A stretch of 48,039 nucleotides of DNA from positions 1-48,039 of the forward strand of contig CAZSKP010000027.1 of the NCBI GenBank assembly GCA_964607485.1, read 5' to 3'. Made by a program: the position numbers and the translations under genes. The notes beneath the pieces are model-generated. The model was not told the DNA's origin and did not search any database. It saw only the letters and a program-made list of their open reading frames with translations. This stretch comes from an uncultured bacterium (GTDB taxonomy: Bacteria > Abyssobacteria > SURF-5). Positions 1 through 10,228 of the stretch are shown in pieces. Numbering within the stretch: the first letter of the stretch is position 1; the number at the start of each line of letters is the position of its first letter.

Positions 1-83
1 TTCATTTTATTAGTAAAACGAGTCAGTAATGTCTCGTTCCTTGAGCATTCGTCGGCAGTGTCGTGCCGGTCGCTTGAACATTC

Positions 84-437
84 TCAAGAAAGACTGCCGA
101 CAACCTCCCGCAACGCATCAGGATTGATTGGCGAGTCGAGGTAAATTCCCCCCAGTTTGACTATTTCGGCCTTGTTCTCTTGCTCCGTTGAGCCGAGAAA
201 CAGCACGCGTATATTCGATTGGACATCCTGAGCGTTCAACAACAGCTCCAGGCAATCCATCTCATACGCGTCCTGCTCGACGATGAGCAATGCGTGCGGA
301 TACATCTTCAGCCTGTAGATGCACTCGGTCGCGCCTCCCACGACATCCACTTCGAAGTCTTCCCGTTGCAGGCACGCTCGTATCATCCGCTCAAATCTGA
401 ATCCCGACTTGAGCAACAAAAGGATCTTCTTTCTCAT
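84..437 (-). CDS. Single-domain response-regulator receiver-like protein (atypical, degenerate acidic pocket)
   Basis: 117 aa with CheY-like pattern (KKILLL...FEVDVV...ALLIVEQD...VLFLGS...YLDSP); Glu at the usual phospho-Asp position. Confidence 0.6.
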   Translation of the reverse strand: MRKKILLLLKSGFRFERMIRACLQREDFEVDVVGGATECIYRLKMYPHALLIVEQDAYEMDCLELLLNAQDVQSNIRVLFLGSTEQENKAEIVKLGGIYLDSPINPDALREVVGSLS

Positions 438-513
438 TTCTCACGCGAAGGTTGATGACAATCGTAGCCGGATCTCTCCGGCAGCCCTAAGCGAGGTAGG
501 ATACGGATAAAGA

Positions 514-529
514 TGCACATATGGTGCCA
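514..529 (-). promoter_or_regulatory. sigma54 (-24/-12) promoter for the receiver-like gene
   Basis: Minus strand TGGCACCATATGTGCA: GG-N10-GC spacing, TGGCAC consensus, ~77 nt upstream of ATG 437. Confidence 0.7.
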
Positions 530-700
530 GCTCACGCGCACCGGAGGGATGAGGAATCGCAAGCCATTTATTGCGAAAGACTTCTCCACACTTGTCGGTC
601 GGGCGACATGGCCTTCGAGCAGAGGCCGGGGAGTGGGAGCGGCGGGTCAGACGGAGGAAGTGAGTAACAATTACACAGGACCGCGGTTTCGACCCGTTCT

Positions 701-717
701 GTGTATAGATTGTACAC
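701..717. promoter_or_regulatory. Palindromic candidate enhancer (UAS) for a sigma54 activator
   Basis: GTGTA-N7-TACAC inverted repeat ~170 nt upstream of the -24/-12 site; related sequences near 661-677 and 807-820. Confidence 0.4.
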
Positions 718-829
718 GTTTCGCCCCGATTTCTTCACCGGAGGTTCATCGGGCCACTGGGGATACTCCGTGTGATGACGGGGCGGGAGGGAGATGGGGG
801 GTGCCTGTGTAAAATGTACCCGCCCCTCG

Positions 830-2203
830 TCAAATATTGTATCGCTTGATCTTGTTATAGAGGGATTTTCGGCTTATTCCCAGGACTCTTGCGGTTTCCT
901 TCTTGTTGCCCCGGAGACATGTCAAGGTCGCGACGATATACTCCCGCTCCGCATGCGCAAGCGTTTTGCCGACATTCACAGTCATCTTGCCGCCGATTGC
1001 AGACCGGGTCTTGAGGCGGTCGGGCAACACATCCGGGGTTATCTTGTTGCCCGAACACAGAAGCACGGCGCGCTGGATGGTGTTTTTCAATTCTCTTACG
1101 TTGCCCGGCCAGTCATATGCCCGCAGGAGGTTTAATGCATCGTTCGTGATTCCATCGACGGCCCTGTCAAATTTCTGCGCGGAATGACTGATAAAGAAAT
1201 CCGCCAGCATCTTAATGTCGGATTTTCGCTCACGAAGCGAAGGAGCGTTGATGGTAAAGACATTCAGTCGATGATACAGGTCCTCGCGGAATCTGCCATG
1301 CTTGACCTCATCTTCAATGTTACTGTTCGTGGCGGCAATGATCCTAACGTCAACCTTGATCGCTTTTGAGCCTCCGACTTTCGTTATGATGCGGTCGTCC
1401 AGGACGCGGAGAAGACTGATCTGGATCTGCTCATCCATCGTGCTCAACTCATCAAGGAAAAGAGTCCCCCGGTGCGCGACTTCGAACATGCCTTTCCTCG
1501 TGCTTCTGGCTCCGGTGAAGGCGCCCTTCACGTGACCGAAGAGTTCACTCGATATGAGATTGGGCTCAACGGCCCCGGTGTTGACTGCAATGAACCGCTC
1601 CTGGCTCCGCGCACTGTGCTCGTGTATCGAACGCGCGATAAGTTCCTTGCCGGTCCCACTCTCCCCCATGAGCAGCACGTGAATGTCGGTGGCGGATGAG
1701 AGCCGTATTTGCTTATATATCTTTTTCATCGCTCGACTCTTGCCAATGAGCCGATCCATCATGGCTGCGGGGGGGACCTTTTCGATGAGAAAGAGGTTCT
1801 CACTTGGGGCCGGCTGGGCATCGAGGGCGGTTTCGACCAGGAATTCCAATTGTTCGGGCTGAAAGGGCTTCCTGAGATAATTGAAAGCTCCCGCCGTCAT
1901 ACAACGGCTGACCTTCCGAAAGTCTCCGGATGAAGTCAGGGGAACGACCTGCGTGGACGGGCTTTTCTCGGCAATCAGCTTCACTAATTCATATCCGTCT
2001 TTGTCAGGAAGGTCCGTTTCGACCAGCACCACATCGTACGTTCTCTTTGAGAGCATCCCAAGGGCGGCCTTGACACTGAGAGCTTTGTGGCACGCAATCT
2101 TTCCGCCGGATAATATCCTTCTTATCTTGTCCTGGTAGGCGGCGCTGCTGTCAACGATGAGAACGTGTTTTCTCACAGAGATATGTCTGTCGTCATTACT
2201 CAT
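830..2203 (-). CDS. sigma54-dependent transcriptional activator, NtrC family (REC-AAA+-Fis HTH)
   Basis: GESGTGKE Walker A, GAFTGA loop, LFLDE Walker B, WPGNVREL, C-terminal ARVLGISRKSLYNK helix-turn-helix; start placed at MSNDDR (2203), ORF extends to 2299. Confidence 0.93.
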   Translation of the reverse strand: MSNDDRHISVRKHVLIVDSSAAYQDKIRRILSGGKIACHKALSVKAALGMLSKRTYDVVLVETDLPDKDGYELVKLIAEKSPSTQVVPLTSSGDFRKVSRCMTAGAFNYLRKPFQPEQLEFLVETALDAQPAPSENLFLIEKVPPAAMMDRLIGKSRAMKKIYKQIRLSSATDIHVLLMGESGTGKELIARSIHEHSARSQERFIAVNTGAVEPNLISSELFGHVKGAFTGARSTRKGMFEVAHRGTLFLDELSTMDEQIQISLLRVLDDRIITKVGGSKAIKVDVRIIAATNSNIEDEVKHGRFREDLYHRLNVFTINAPSLRERKSDIKMLADFFISHSAQKFDRAVDGITNDALNLLRAYDWPGNVRELKNTIQRAVLLCSGNKITPDVLPDRLKTRSAIGGKMTVNVGKTLAHAEREYIVATLTCLRGNKKETARVLGISRKSLYNKIKRYNI

Positions 2204-2473
2204 TGGTCGAAAAACGGTATGGCCGAAACGGGAGGACTCGGCAGTGCCCCTCAGAGTACTATCGTATAAAAAGTACCGAGAACTGCCTCGATGCGACACA
2301 GGTCAGAAACACCATCAAAAGCGCCCAAACAACAGGTCCATTCTAATGGCACAAATCGGGGCTGTCAAGCTTTTCCGGAAATGCGGTTTCCCATTTTCTC
2401 TGCTTACACGTTTCATCCTGAAGAGGAGTCATGCCGACCTTCGCCAGCGCCCGCCTTCAGGCCTGAATAGAAG

Positions 2474-3532
2474 TCAGACTATCGAATCCGGCGCCACCGA
2501 GGCGCCCTCTTCTGCGGACTTATACACTGCTCTTCCCAACTGCACCACCGCTAACCCCTCTTCGCCGCTGAGCGAGGGTTGCCTGTCCTCGAGGATGCAG
2601 TCGATGAAGTGCTGCCCGCACCGGATGAATCCGTCTTCCCATTCCGCGGGAATATCATTGTAATGGTGCGTCTCGCCGTCGCGGCACACGATGAGCGGCG
2701 CTACCTTCATCAGGCCTCCGGTCAGTCGCGTCACCCAGATGATGCCCTTTGAGCCAGTGATCTCGATTCGCTCCTCGACCGGGTAGTACTTGGTGTCGAT
2801 GATCAAATCGGGCGCATACACCGCGTCGAGAATTCCGTAGCACGAAGCCGCCTTGTGTTTCCACATGACTGTCGCCGGGGTGTCAAGGAACATTCCCGGA
2901 TTCTCGATAAACGCGGAGACCTTGTCGACGGGTCCTCCAAAGAATATTCCCAATGCGTATTTGTGGTGCATGTCGTCGAACATCGTGCCGCCGCCGACGC
3001 GCTCCTGATTGAACTTCCACTCCCACGAACTGGACTTAAGCTCCCAGCCGCACTCGAGCGAGCCGCTTGTCGTGCGCAGCCGAATCATCGAGACGGTTCC
3101 TATCTCGCCGGCATCGATCAATTCCTTCGCCTTTGCGACCGGCGGATAGAAGAGATAGCATTCGAACACCTGGAACTTGCCCTTTGCGCGCTTTGCAGCT
3201 TCGATCATTTCTTTGCATTCGGCGGCGTTGCGCGCCATGGGCTTCTGCACCGAGACGTGCTTGCCCGCGTCGAGCGCGTCGATGACCATCTGCTTGTGCA
3301 GGTCGTGCGGGGTGATGATGACCGCGACATCCACCGCCTTGTCGTCCAATAGCTGCCGGTAATCGCTGTAAACTTTTTCCGCCTTCCACTCGGCAGCTTG
3401 CTCTTGCGCCCGCTCGGTGTTGGGGTCGGCAACCGCATAGATATCGCACCGTTCGTCCACGCGATAGCCCCATGTCGTGAGCCCCGATATCTCGCCGCAA
3501 CCGACCACTCCCACTCTCAGTTTGTCCGCCAT
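2474..3532 (-). CDS. Gfo/Idh/MocA family oxidoreductase (inositol/sugar dehydrogenase-like)
   Basis: VGVVGCG Rossmann motif, TPHDLH, AGKHVSVQKP, GGG-x3-D-x2-H. Confidence 0.9.
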   Translation of the reverse strand: MADKLRVGVVGCGEISGLTTWGYRVDERCDIYAVADPNTERAQEQAAEWKAEKVYSDYRQLLDDKAVDVAVIITPHDLHKQMVIDALDAGKHVSVQKPMARNAAECKEMIEAAKRAKGKFQVFECYLFYPPVAKAKELIDAGEIGTVSMIRLRTTSGSLECGWELKSSSWEWKFNQERVGGGTMFDDMHHKYALGIFFGGPVDKVSAFIENPGMFLDTPATVMWKHKAASCYGILDAVYAPDLIIDTKYYPVEERIEITGSKGIIWVTRLTGGLMKVAPLIVCRDGETHHYNDIPAEWEDGFIRCGQHFIDCILEDRQPSLSGEEGLAVVQLGRAVYKSAEEGASVAPDSIV

Positions 3533-3611
3533 TGCAGTCCTCCTCCTTGATGAATTGAAGAATTACCATCCGTCTCGCTCAAATCGTTGAAAGCCGCGAT
3601 TCGTCTTCCGA

Positions 3612-4580
3612 TCACGCCCACCACATGCCGCCGGGGGGTTCTTCCTCGAAAATAACACTGCGCAGGAATGCAACCGCCTTCCTGAGCCCTTCCTCCACGG
3701 AGGCGAGAATATCTTCATGTTCGATGCTCATCACGTAGTCATAGCCGACGATTCTCAGGGCGCTTACGATTGACTTCCACGTGCCGGGGCCGTGCCCGTA
3801 GCCGACCGTGCGGAAATTCCAGGAGCGAGTTGCGACTTGCCCGAAATGTTTCGTGTCGAGCACGCCGTTTTGGGGACAAATAAGCGGATCGATATAAATG
3901 TCCTTTGCGTGGAAATGATAGATGACACCCGCCAGTTTCCTGATGGCAATCACAGGGTCGATCCCCTGCCAGAACAGATGGCTCGGGTCGAAGTTCGCCC
4001 CTATGTTGTCTCCGGCGGCTTCCCTGAGCTTGAGCAGGGTTTCAGGATTGTACACCACCATCCCGGGATGCAGCTCGAAGGCGATCTTCTTTATCCCGTG
4101 CGAATCCGCAAACTTGGACTCTTCTTTCCAGTATGGGATGACTTTCTCGTTCCACTGCCATTCGAGGATTTCCAGGTAATCGGGAGGCCATGCGCAGGTG
4201 ACCCAGTTCGGATATTTCGACCCCTCCGAATCACCGGGACACCCGGAGAGACAATTGACAACCGCAACCCCCAGCTTTTCCGCGAGCTGAACGGTCTTTC
4301 GCCATGTGACATGATGGGCGTTCGCCAGTTCGGCGTCCGGATGCAACGGGTTCCCATGGCAGCTCAGCCCGCTGATTTCGATGCCCTTCGCGGCAAATCG
4401 CTGATGATATTCCCTGAGCTTCTTCTCATCAGCCAGCAATTCATCGATTTCGCAATGGGGACCGCCCGGATAGTTGCCCGTGCCGAGCTCGACCATTCCT
4501 ACTCCGAGGTCGACCAGCTTGTCGAGCATTTCGTCAACTGACAGGTGAAACAGAATTGGTGTGAACAGTCCAATCTTCAT
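3612..4580 (-). CDS. Sugar phosphate isomerase/epimerase (xylose-isomerase-like TIM barrel)
   Basis: Metal ligand motifs AFELHP, NFDPSH, HFHAKD, SIEHED. Confidence 0.88.
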   Translation of the reverse strand: MKIGLFTPILFHLSVDEMLDKLVDLGVGMVELGTGNYPGGPHCEIDELLADEKKLREYHQRFAAKGIEISGLSCHGNPLHPDAELANAHHVTWRKTVQLAEKLGVAVVNCLSGCPGDSEGSKYPNWVTCAWPPDYLEILEWQWNEKVIPYWKEESKFADSHGIKKIAFELHPGMVVYNPETLLKLREAAGDNIGANFDPSHLFWQGIDPVIAIRKLAGVIYHFHAKDIYIDPLICPQNGVLDTKHFGQVATRSWNFRTVGYGHGPGTWKSIVSALRIVGYDYVMSIEHEDILASVEEGLRKAVAFLRSVIFEEEPPGGMWWA

Positions 4581-4679
4581 GGTGCCTCCTCAGACTTGTC
4601 AATCAGTCTCTTGGCCGAGTACCCATTCACGCTTGTGTTCACGCCGTCTTCACTTCATACAGGGGTCGCTCGCCGCTCA

Positions 4680-5369
4680 TCACCCGGACGGCCTCTCCTG
4701 CGCCGGGGGGAGGGGCGGTATCGGCACGTCACGATGGTCGTCGGTCAGCAAGTGTTCGACACATCGCTTGATATCTTCATATATCCAACCCTGGAAATGA
4801 ATGGCGCCGACGTGCGTTAACCAGGTCAGATGTCCGTGCAGGCAAAAGATCAACGTCGCGAGCACTTGCGGCGCATGACGTGAGCTGATCTTCCCGCTTT
4901 CCATTGAGCGCCGCAGGTCGTCGGTGAGCTGTTTCAGCAATTCGTCTTCCGTATTCCGCAGCTCCACTCGCAAATCCGGATCGTTGACGTGGAATGCCAT
5001 CGACCATATGGTCGCGACGTCCCGGTTGGCTTGGGTCGTGTAATACATGAACATGTCCGTGTACGCCTGGTACCGTTTGATTGGGTCATCGTGCGCGCTC
5101 AACACCTCGGCGTTCCACTTGACCATCTGCTTGCGGTTTATTCTGATGACCTCGAGAAACAAATCCCTCTTGCTCTTGAAATGCTGATAGATGACCGGTT
5201 CCGTTATTCCGGCGGCCTCGGCTATTTTTGCGGTCGTCGCGCCATGGTAGTTTTCCCGGGCGAACACGTGAAGGGCTGCATCGAGGATGCGCCGCCTTCT
5301 GTTTTCCGCCTTCATTCGGGAGGCCTCTTTCGCTTTCGTCGCCTTGCGCGCAGGCCTGATCATATTCAA
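4680..5369 (-). CDS. TetR/AcrR family transcriptional regulator
   Basis: RILDAALHVF...ATTAKIAEAAGITEPVIYQHFKSKRDL N-terminal HTH. Confidence 0.92.
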   Translation of the reverse strand: MNMIRPARKATKAKEASRMKAENRRRRILDAALHVFARENYHGATTAKIAEAAGITEPVIYQHFKSKRDLFLEVIRINRKQMVKWNAEVLSAHDDPIKRYQAYTDMFMYYTTQANRDVATIWSMAFHVNDPDLRVELRNTEDELLKQLTDDLRRSMESGKISSRHAPQVLATLIFCLHGHLTWLTHVGAIHFQGWIYEDIKRCVEHLLTDDHRDVPIPPLPPAQERPSG

Positions 5370-5436
5370 TCATCCTGTTCGGTTATGTGCTAGCGTTAGC
5401 TAATAAAAAGTCGATTCCATGAGCGTTAACTATGAC

Positions 5437-5526
5437 ATTCTACCATCCTTTTGGCCTGATTGTCAAGGAAAAACACATATTTTCTTAAAATTCCTTGACA
5501 AACATTGAATAGTATGATAGTATTCA
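5437..5526. promoter_or_regulatory. Divergent sigma70 promoters with a palindromic operator
   Basis: Plus strand: TTGACA(5495)-17-TAGTAT overlapped by TGAATA-N9-TATTCA (5506-5526). Minus strand: TTGACA(5466-5461)-18-TAGAAT toward tetR. Confidence 0.65.
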
Positions 5527-5640
5527 CTAATAAAAATGCCGCCCGCCACTATCAGCCGCGGTGCGCGTGCATATGCCGAAATCCAGCGCAATCGGCGCCA
5601 AAAATCCAGCGGCCGAGGCTGTGAATAAGAGGAGGGTATC

Positions 5641-6804
5641 ATGAAAAAGAAGCGGGTTAAGGCCGCCGTAATGCTCGCTCCGGGTATAATGGAGCTGCAG
5701 GAGTTCCCGTATCCCGAGCCCAGGCGCGGCGCGATGGTTCTCGAGATGCAGATGAGCGGGATATGTGGAACGGACAAGCATTCGTTCAAGGGCGAGATGG
5801 TTCTCTATGCGGGCACCGAAGCCGAGCAGAGGGGCGTGTTCCCGTGCGTCAAGGGCCACGAAAACGTCGGCCGCATCGTGGAGATCAACGGCACGTATCT
5901 CGATTACGATGGCCGCCCGCTGAAGGTTGGCGACCGCGTGACGATGTGTCCGAACATCATCTGTGGAAAGTGCTATTATTGCCGCCACGTCTTCGGATGG
6001 CCGTACTGCGCTCACAACAAGACGTATGGCGTCTATTTTCCCTCCAACAAGTGGCCGCACGTCACCGGCGGATGGGCGGAATATATGTATGTCTTTCCGG
6101 GCTCGTTTGTTTACAAGGTTCCGGAGGACATGCCCTCCGACATTGCGGTCAACATCGAGCTGATGGTTGTGACAAACAACGTGGACAGGGCCAAGGGCTA
6201 CATGGAGTTTGCCTCACGCGGATTCGGGCTGATGGATACGGTGCTCATTCAGGGAGTGGGCGCGATGGGGATCGCGCACCTTATCAAATGCCGAGTCCTC
6301 GGGGCGGGAGAGATCATCGCGCTCGACACGTCGGATTATCGGCTCAAGCTCTCGAAAGAGTTCGGCGCCGACCATCTCGTGAACGTCGCAAAAACAACCT
6401 TCAAGGAACGCCTCGAAATAGTGCGCGGACTCACCGACGGCAGGGGCGCCGACATGGTCATCGAGACCACGGGCCTCGCCACGGTCGTGCCGGAAGGCCT
6501 CGACCTGCTCCGCCGGGGAGGGACGTACCTGGAGGCCGGAAATTTTGTGGACTCGGGCGAGACCACCATCAACGTTCACCGTCATCTCGCGGCCAAGAAC
6601 GTGCTGCTCATCGGAAACACGAATCATCCCAACTCGGAATACTATCGGACGATGAAGATGATGCAACGGTACAAGAAGCAGTTTCCCTGGAAAAAATTCA
6701 CCTCGCACAAATTTCCACTCGACAGGGCGCAGGAGGCGCTTGAATTCTCGCTGGGTGAAAAAGCCCTCAAAGTGGTGTTTGACATGACAAAGGGGAAGAA
6801 ATGA
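5641..6804 (+). CDS. Zinc-binding alcohol/polyol dehydrogenase (MDR family)
   Basis: GICGTD, GHE, CGKCYYC structural Zn motif, GVGAMG; RBS GAGGAGG. Confidence 0.9.
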   Translation: MKKKRVKAAVMLAPGIMELQEFPYPEPRRGAMVLEMQMSGICGTDKHSFKGEMVLYAGTEAEQRGVFPCVKGHENVGRIVEINGTYLDYDGRPLKVGDRVTMCPNIICGKCYYCRHVFGWPYCAHNKTYGVYFPSNKWPHVTGGWAEYMYVFPGSFVYKVPEDMPSDIAVNIELMVVTNNVDRAKGYMEFASRGFGLMDTVLIQGVGAMGIAHLIKCRVLGAGEIIALDTSDYRLKLSKEFGADHLVNVAKTTFKERLEIVRGLTDGRGADMVIETTGLATVVPEGLDLLRRGGTYLEAGNFVDSGETTINVHRHLAAKNVLLIGNTNHPNSEYYRTMKMMQRYKKQFPWKKFTSHKFPLDRAQEALEFSLGEKALKVVFDMTKGKK

Positions 6805-7652
6805 GAATCGGCTGCAACACCGTCGCGTTCCGCAAATACGACCTTGATTTTGCGCTTGAGAGAATCTCCCGCGCCGGATACAAGTACGTCGAGGTAGAGG
6901 CCAACCTCTCGTGGTGCGACCACGTCCGGACTGACAAGGACGATCCGGCCAAGTTTCGGGCAAAAGCGCTGGACGCCGGATTCACGGGCATTTCCTGCAT
7001 CGGTTCCCACCGCGAATTGATCTCTGAGAAGACGGCCGAGCAGGACTTGCGCCATTCGCTCGAGTTTGCGGCCGCTGCCGGCGTGCCGGTTGTGGCTACC
7101 GGTGAGGGACGTATGCCCGCGGGCATGCGTCAAACCGAGGCGCTCGAAATCCTCAAGCCCAAGCTGGAACGGCTGGCCGAGGTGGCGCAAAAATGCGAGG
7201 TCTGCCTTGCAATGGAGCCGCACGGCTCGCTTTCACTCTCGCCGGGGGGTCTCGGAAGAATTCTCGCTCTCGCGCCTTCGCCGTGGCTTGTGGTCAATTT
7301 CGACACCGCAAATCCTCGTCGCGGCGACTATGTGGGCACAACCCACCAGGGCTTCGAGTGGAAACTGGATGAAGCCGCCAGGGGAGACGAATTGGCCGTG
7401 CTCCGGCCGGTGGCGGAGAAAGTAAGACACGTGCACTGGAAGGACGTTGTCGGGCGAGAGGCCGTGACGCTCGGCAAGGGAGAGGTGAGGCTAAAAGAGC
7501 AACTCGTGATTCTGCGCGACGCCGGCTATGACGGGGTGCTCTCGTATGAAACCGAGGGATGGCAGGAAGCCGACGAGTCGCAGAGGATGATCGAAGAAAG
7601 CTTAAGTAACACCAGGACCATCCTGCAAGAAATCGGAATCGCGTTTGATTGA
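6801..7652 (+). CDS. Sugar phosphate isomerase/epimerase (TIM barrel)
   Basis: AMEPH, NFDTAN, HVHWKD, SYETE metal ligands; ATGA overlap with upstream gene. Confidence 0.85.
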   Translation: MRIGCNTVAFRKYDLDFALERISRAGYKYVEVEANLSWCDHVRTDKDDPAKFRAKALDAGFTGISCIGSHRELISEKTAEQDLRHSLEFAAAAGVPVVATGEGRMPAGMRQTEALEILKPKLERLAEVAQKCEVCLAMEPHGSLSLSPGGLGRILALAPSPWLVVNFDTANPRRGDYVGTTHQGFEWKLDEAARGDELAVLRPVAEKVRHVHWKDVVGREAVTLGKGEVRLKEQLVILRDAGYDGVLSYETEGWQEADESQRMIEESLSNTRTILQEIGIAFD

Positions 7653-7667
7653 CCGGGAAAATCGAGG

Positions 7668-8777
7668 ATGCGAGGGATGACTATTCCCAAGAAAATGCAG
7701 GCCGCCGTGCTATTCGGCTACGGTGACCTGCGGGTAATCGAAACACGCGTTCCCGACCCGGGCGCGCAGGAGGTGTTGATCCGGGTCGAAGCCTGCGCCA
7801 TTTGCGGCACCGACCCGAAGATCGTCGCTCATGGCTGGCCCGGCAATCCGCCGTTTGGGCAGTATATCCCCGGTCACGAGTTCGCGGGCGTCGTGGCCGC
7901 GCTGGGCGAGGGTGTGACCGATTACGCCGTTGGCGACCGAATCGCCGTCGAGCCGCACAAGGGGTGCGGCATTTGCGAGAACTGCATTCGCGGTCTTTAC
8001 ACGACCTGCCTGAATTATGGCAACATCGCGGCCGGCCACCGCCACTACGGCTTTACCGTCAACGGGGGTTTTGCCGAATACGCGGTCTGCCACGTGAACA
8101 CGATCCACCGTATTCCCGCCGCCCTTTCGTTTGATGAAGCTACGCTGATCACGACCGCCGGGACCGCGCTGTACGGCATCACCAGAATCGGCGGAGTCCG
8201 GCCAGGCGAAACCGTTGTGGTCTCCGGTCCCGGACCGATCGGCCTCATGGCGTGCCAGCTTGCCAAATCGCTTGGCGCGGGGATGGTCGTCCTCACCGGC
8301 ACTCGCTCCGAAAGGCTGAAACTTGGGAGAGAAGCCTGTGCCGCCGACGTGACCGTCAATGTCCGCGAGAGTGACGTCGTAAAAGAGATTTTCAAGCTGA
8401 CCGGCGATATCGGCGCCGACCTGACCATCGAGTGCGCGGGAACTGCGGAGGCGGCACGGAGCGCCGTGGAGTACACGAGGAAGAACGGGCGCGTCGCGCT
8501 CGTCGGAATCTATGAAGGAGACATTCCCGTCAACCTGAATAAGGTCGTGCAGTGGAATATGACTCTTGCGGGGGGAAAAGCCGAAGGCGACTGGAGCCTG
8601 AGGCGGGTGCTGCCGCTCATGGCGGATGGCAGAGTGAAGGCGAAACCTCTGATCACACACCGATTCCCTCTCGCCGACATCAATGAAGCAATAGCCGCAT
8701 TCGTGGAACGCAAGGGAGGAGCGATAAAGGTAGTGATTCATCCGCAGAAGGCTCAAGGCGCAGCGGAAGCACGATAG
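7668..8777 (+). CDS. Zinc-binding alcohol/polyol dehydrogenase (MDR family)
   Basis: ICGTD, PGHE, CGICENC, GPGPIG motifs. Confidence 0.9.
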   Translation: MRGMTIPKKMQAAVLFGYGDLRVIETRVPDPGAQEVLIRVEACAICGTDPKIVAHGWPGNPPFGQYIPGHEFAGVVAALGEGVTDYAVGDRIAVEPHKGCGICENCIRGLYTTCLNYGNIAAGHRHYGFTVNGGFAEYAVCHVNTIHRIPAALSFDEATLITTAGTALYGITRIGGVRPGETVVVSGPGPIGLMACQLAKSLGAGMVVLTGTRSERLKLGREACAADVTVNVRESDVVKEIFKLTGDIGADLTIECAGTAEAARSAVEYTRKNGRVALVGIYEGDIPVNLNKVVQWNMTLAGGKAEGDWSLRRVLPLMADGRVKAKPLITHRFPLADINEAIAAFVERKGGAIKVVIHPQKAQGAAEAR

Positions 8778-8826
8778 CGCTCCGGTTCGCGCGCCGGAGT
8801 GAAGTGCAGACGAAAGGAGAATCATC

Positions 8827-9804
8827 ATGTCGAAGAAATGGGAGCTTCCCGCCAGGGGCGGCCATCTGGACCTCGCCGATGGAGTCTATTTCCAGAATAT
8901 GACCATGAACGACGTGCAGAAGAGGCTCAAGAAGAATGATGTGATCATCATTCCCATAGGCTCGACCGAAGCCCACGGCCCCCATGCATGTTACGGTGAG
9001 GACACATTTCTGGTGACACGTATGGCGGAGGCCGTGGCGAAAAAGACCGGCTGCACCGTAGCTCAGCCCATATGGTACGGCTCGCATCCGTTTCACCACA
9101 TCGGCATGCCGGGCACGATCCCGGTGGATGAGGAGACGTTCACCGCGACGGTTTCTCAGGTCATGGCCGGCTTCTGGAATGCGGGTTTCCGCAAGCAGAT
9201 TCTGCTGAACGGTCACGGCCAGGAGTATGTGATCCCAACCGCGATCCATCGATTCACGAAACGATTCCAGGTTCCCGGCGTCTTTATCAACCTGAACTGG
9301 TATTACGCTATCCCGACATGGATAAAGGATAAGGAGCACGGAGGGCCGTTTGAGACTCCGTTCATCCATGCCGACGAAGTCGAGACCAGCTACAGTCTGG
9401 CGCTCTTTCCCGAGATGATCAAGATGGAAGACGCCGTCAATACCAAACCGAAGGGATATCTGCCGGCGGGGCATCTGGACAAAGCCGGCAACGCGTATCA
9501 GCTTCCGATTCCGTGGTATGCGCACGCCGGATTGGGACCCATCGAGGTCATCGGCACGCCGGAGGGATGCGTCGGCAAGGCAAAGCTGGCCGACGGGAAA
9601 AAGGCCATTCCCGGCGTCGAGGCGCTTCTCGACTACATGGAGAAACTGATCCGCGACATAATGAAGAAATGGCCCGTCGGAAAGCTTCCTCCCGTGGAAC
9701 AGGTGACGCAGCGCTTCACCGATGCGGAACTGAAGGCCTATCTCAAGGGTCCGATGAAAAAGGGAGGGAAGCACATCTACTGTATCGCCTGGCCGGCGTA
9801 TTAG
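8827..9804 (+). CDS. iolN: Creatininase-family hydrolase, IolN-like (3-dehydro-scyllo-inosose hydrolase)
   Basis: GSTEAHG, GEDTFLVTRMAE, HHIGMPGT, GFRKQILLNGHGQE, ETPFIHADEVETS closely recall Thermotoga IolN (recognised from memory); RBS AAAGGAG. Confidence 0.8.
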   Translation: MSKKWELPARGGHLDLADGVYFQNMTMNDVQKRLKKNDVIIIPIGSTEAHGPHACYGEDTFLVTRMAEAVAKKTGCTVAQPIWYGSHPFHHIGMPGTIPVDEETFTATVSQVMAGFWNAGFRKQILLNGHGQEYVIPTAIHRFTKRFQVPGVFINLNWYYAIPTWIKDKEHGGPFETPFIHADEVETSYSLALFPEMIKMEDAVNTKPKGYLPAGHLDKAGNAYQLPIPWYAHAGLGPIEVIGTPEGCVGKAKLADGKKAIPGVEALLDYMEKLIRDIMKKWPVGKLPPVEQVTQRFTDAELKAYLKGPMKKGGKHIYCIAWPAY

Positions 9805-9817
9805 GGGGCTGTCGAAC

Positions 9818-10228
9818 ATGATGAAAACCACCTTCTTCCCCGAACATTTTGTCTGCGTCGTGCATGCGGAAGACGTGAAGGTAACCGCTCGAGATGTCAC
9901 AGAAGGCGAGGCGATTTTTGTGAGCGGTTTCCTGATGGACCCTGAGTTTGTCCGCAACATCACGGGCAGGTATATCCCTTTCACCGCCGCAGTAGCAAAG
10001 GATTTCACGCGGAACGAACGCGTCTCCGGAGGGGAAAGGATACTTATCCTCGAGCCCAAGGCCGGCTCATCTGTGCTTGGGACGCTGCTCCTGAAGCTGG
10101 AGGAGAAAGATATACGCGCCCTGAACTCATTCGAAAAGGTAGATGAAGGATTGCGTCGGAAGGCGTCAATTCGCGTAATTGCCGGAACCTGCGAGCGCGC
10201 GGCCTCTACCTTTTTAACAAACGCCTGA
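9818..10228 (+). CDS. Hypothetical protein, gamma-glutamylcyclotransferase-like
   Basis: AIFVSGFLMDP..VRNITGR and GTLL...DIRALNSFE resemble the GGCT/AIG2 fold. Confidence 0.45.
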   Translation: MMKTTFFPEHFVCVVHAEDVKVTARDVTEGEAIFVSGFLMDPEFVRNITGRYIPFTAAVAKDFTRNERVSGGERILILEPKAGSSVLGTLLLKLEEKDIRALNSFEKVDEGLRRKASIRVIAGTCERAASTFLTNA

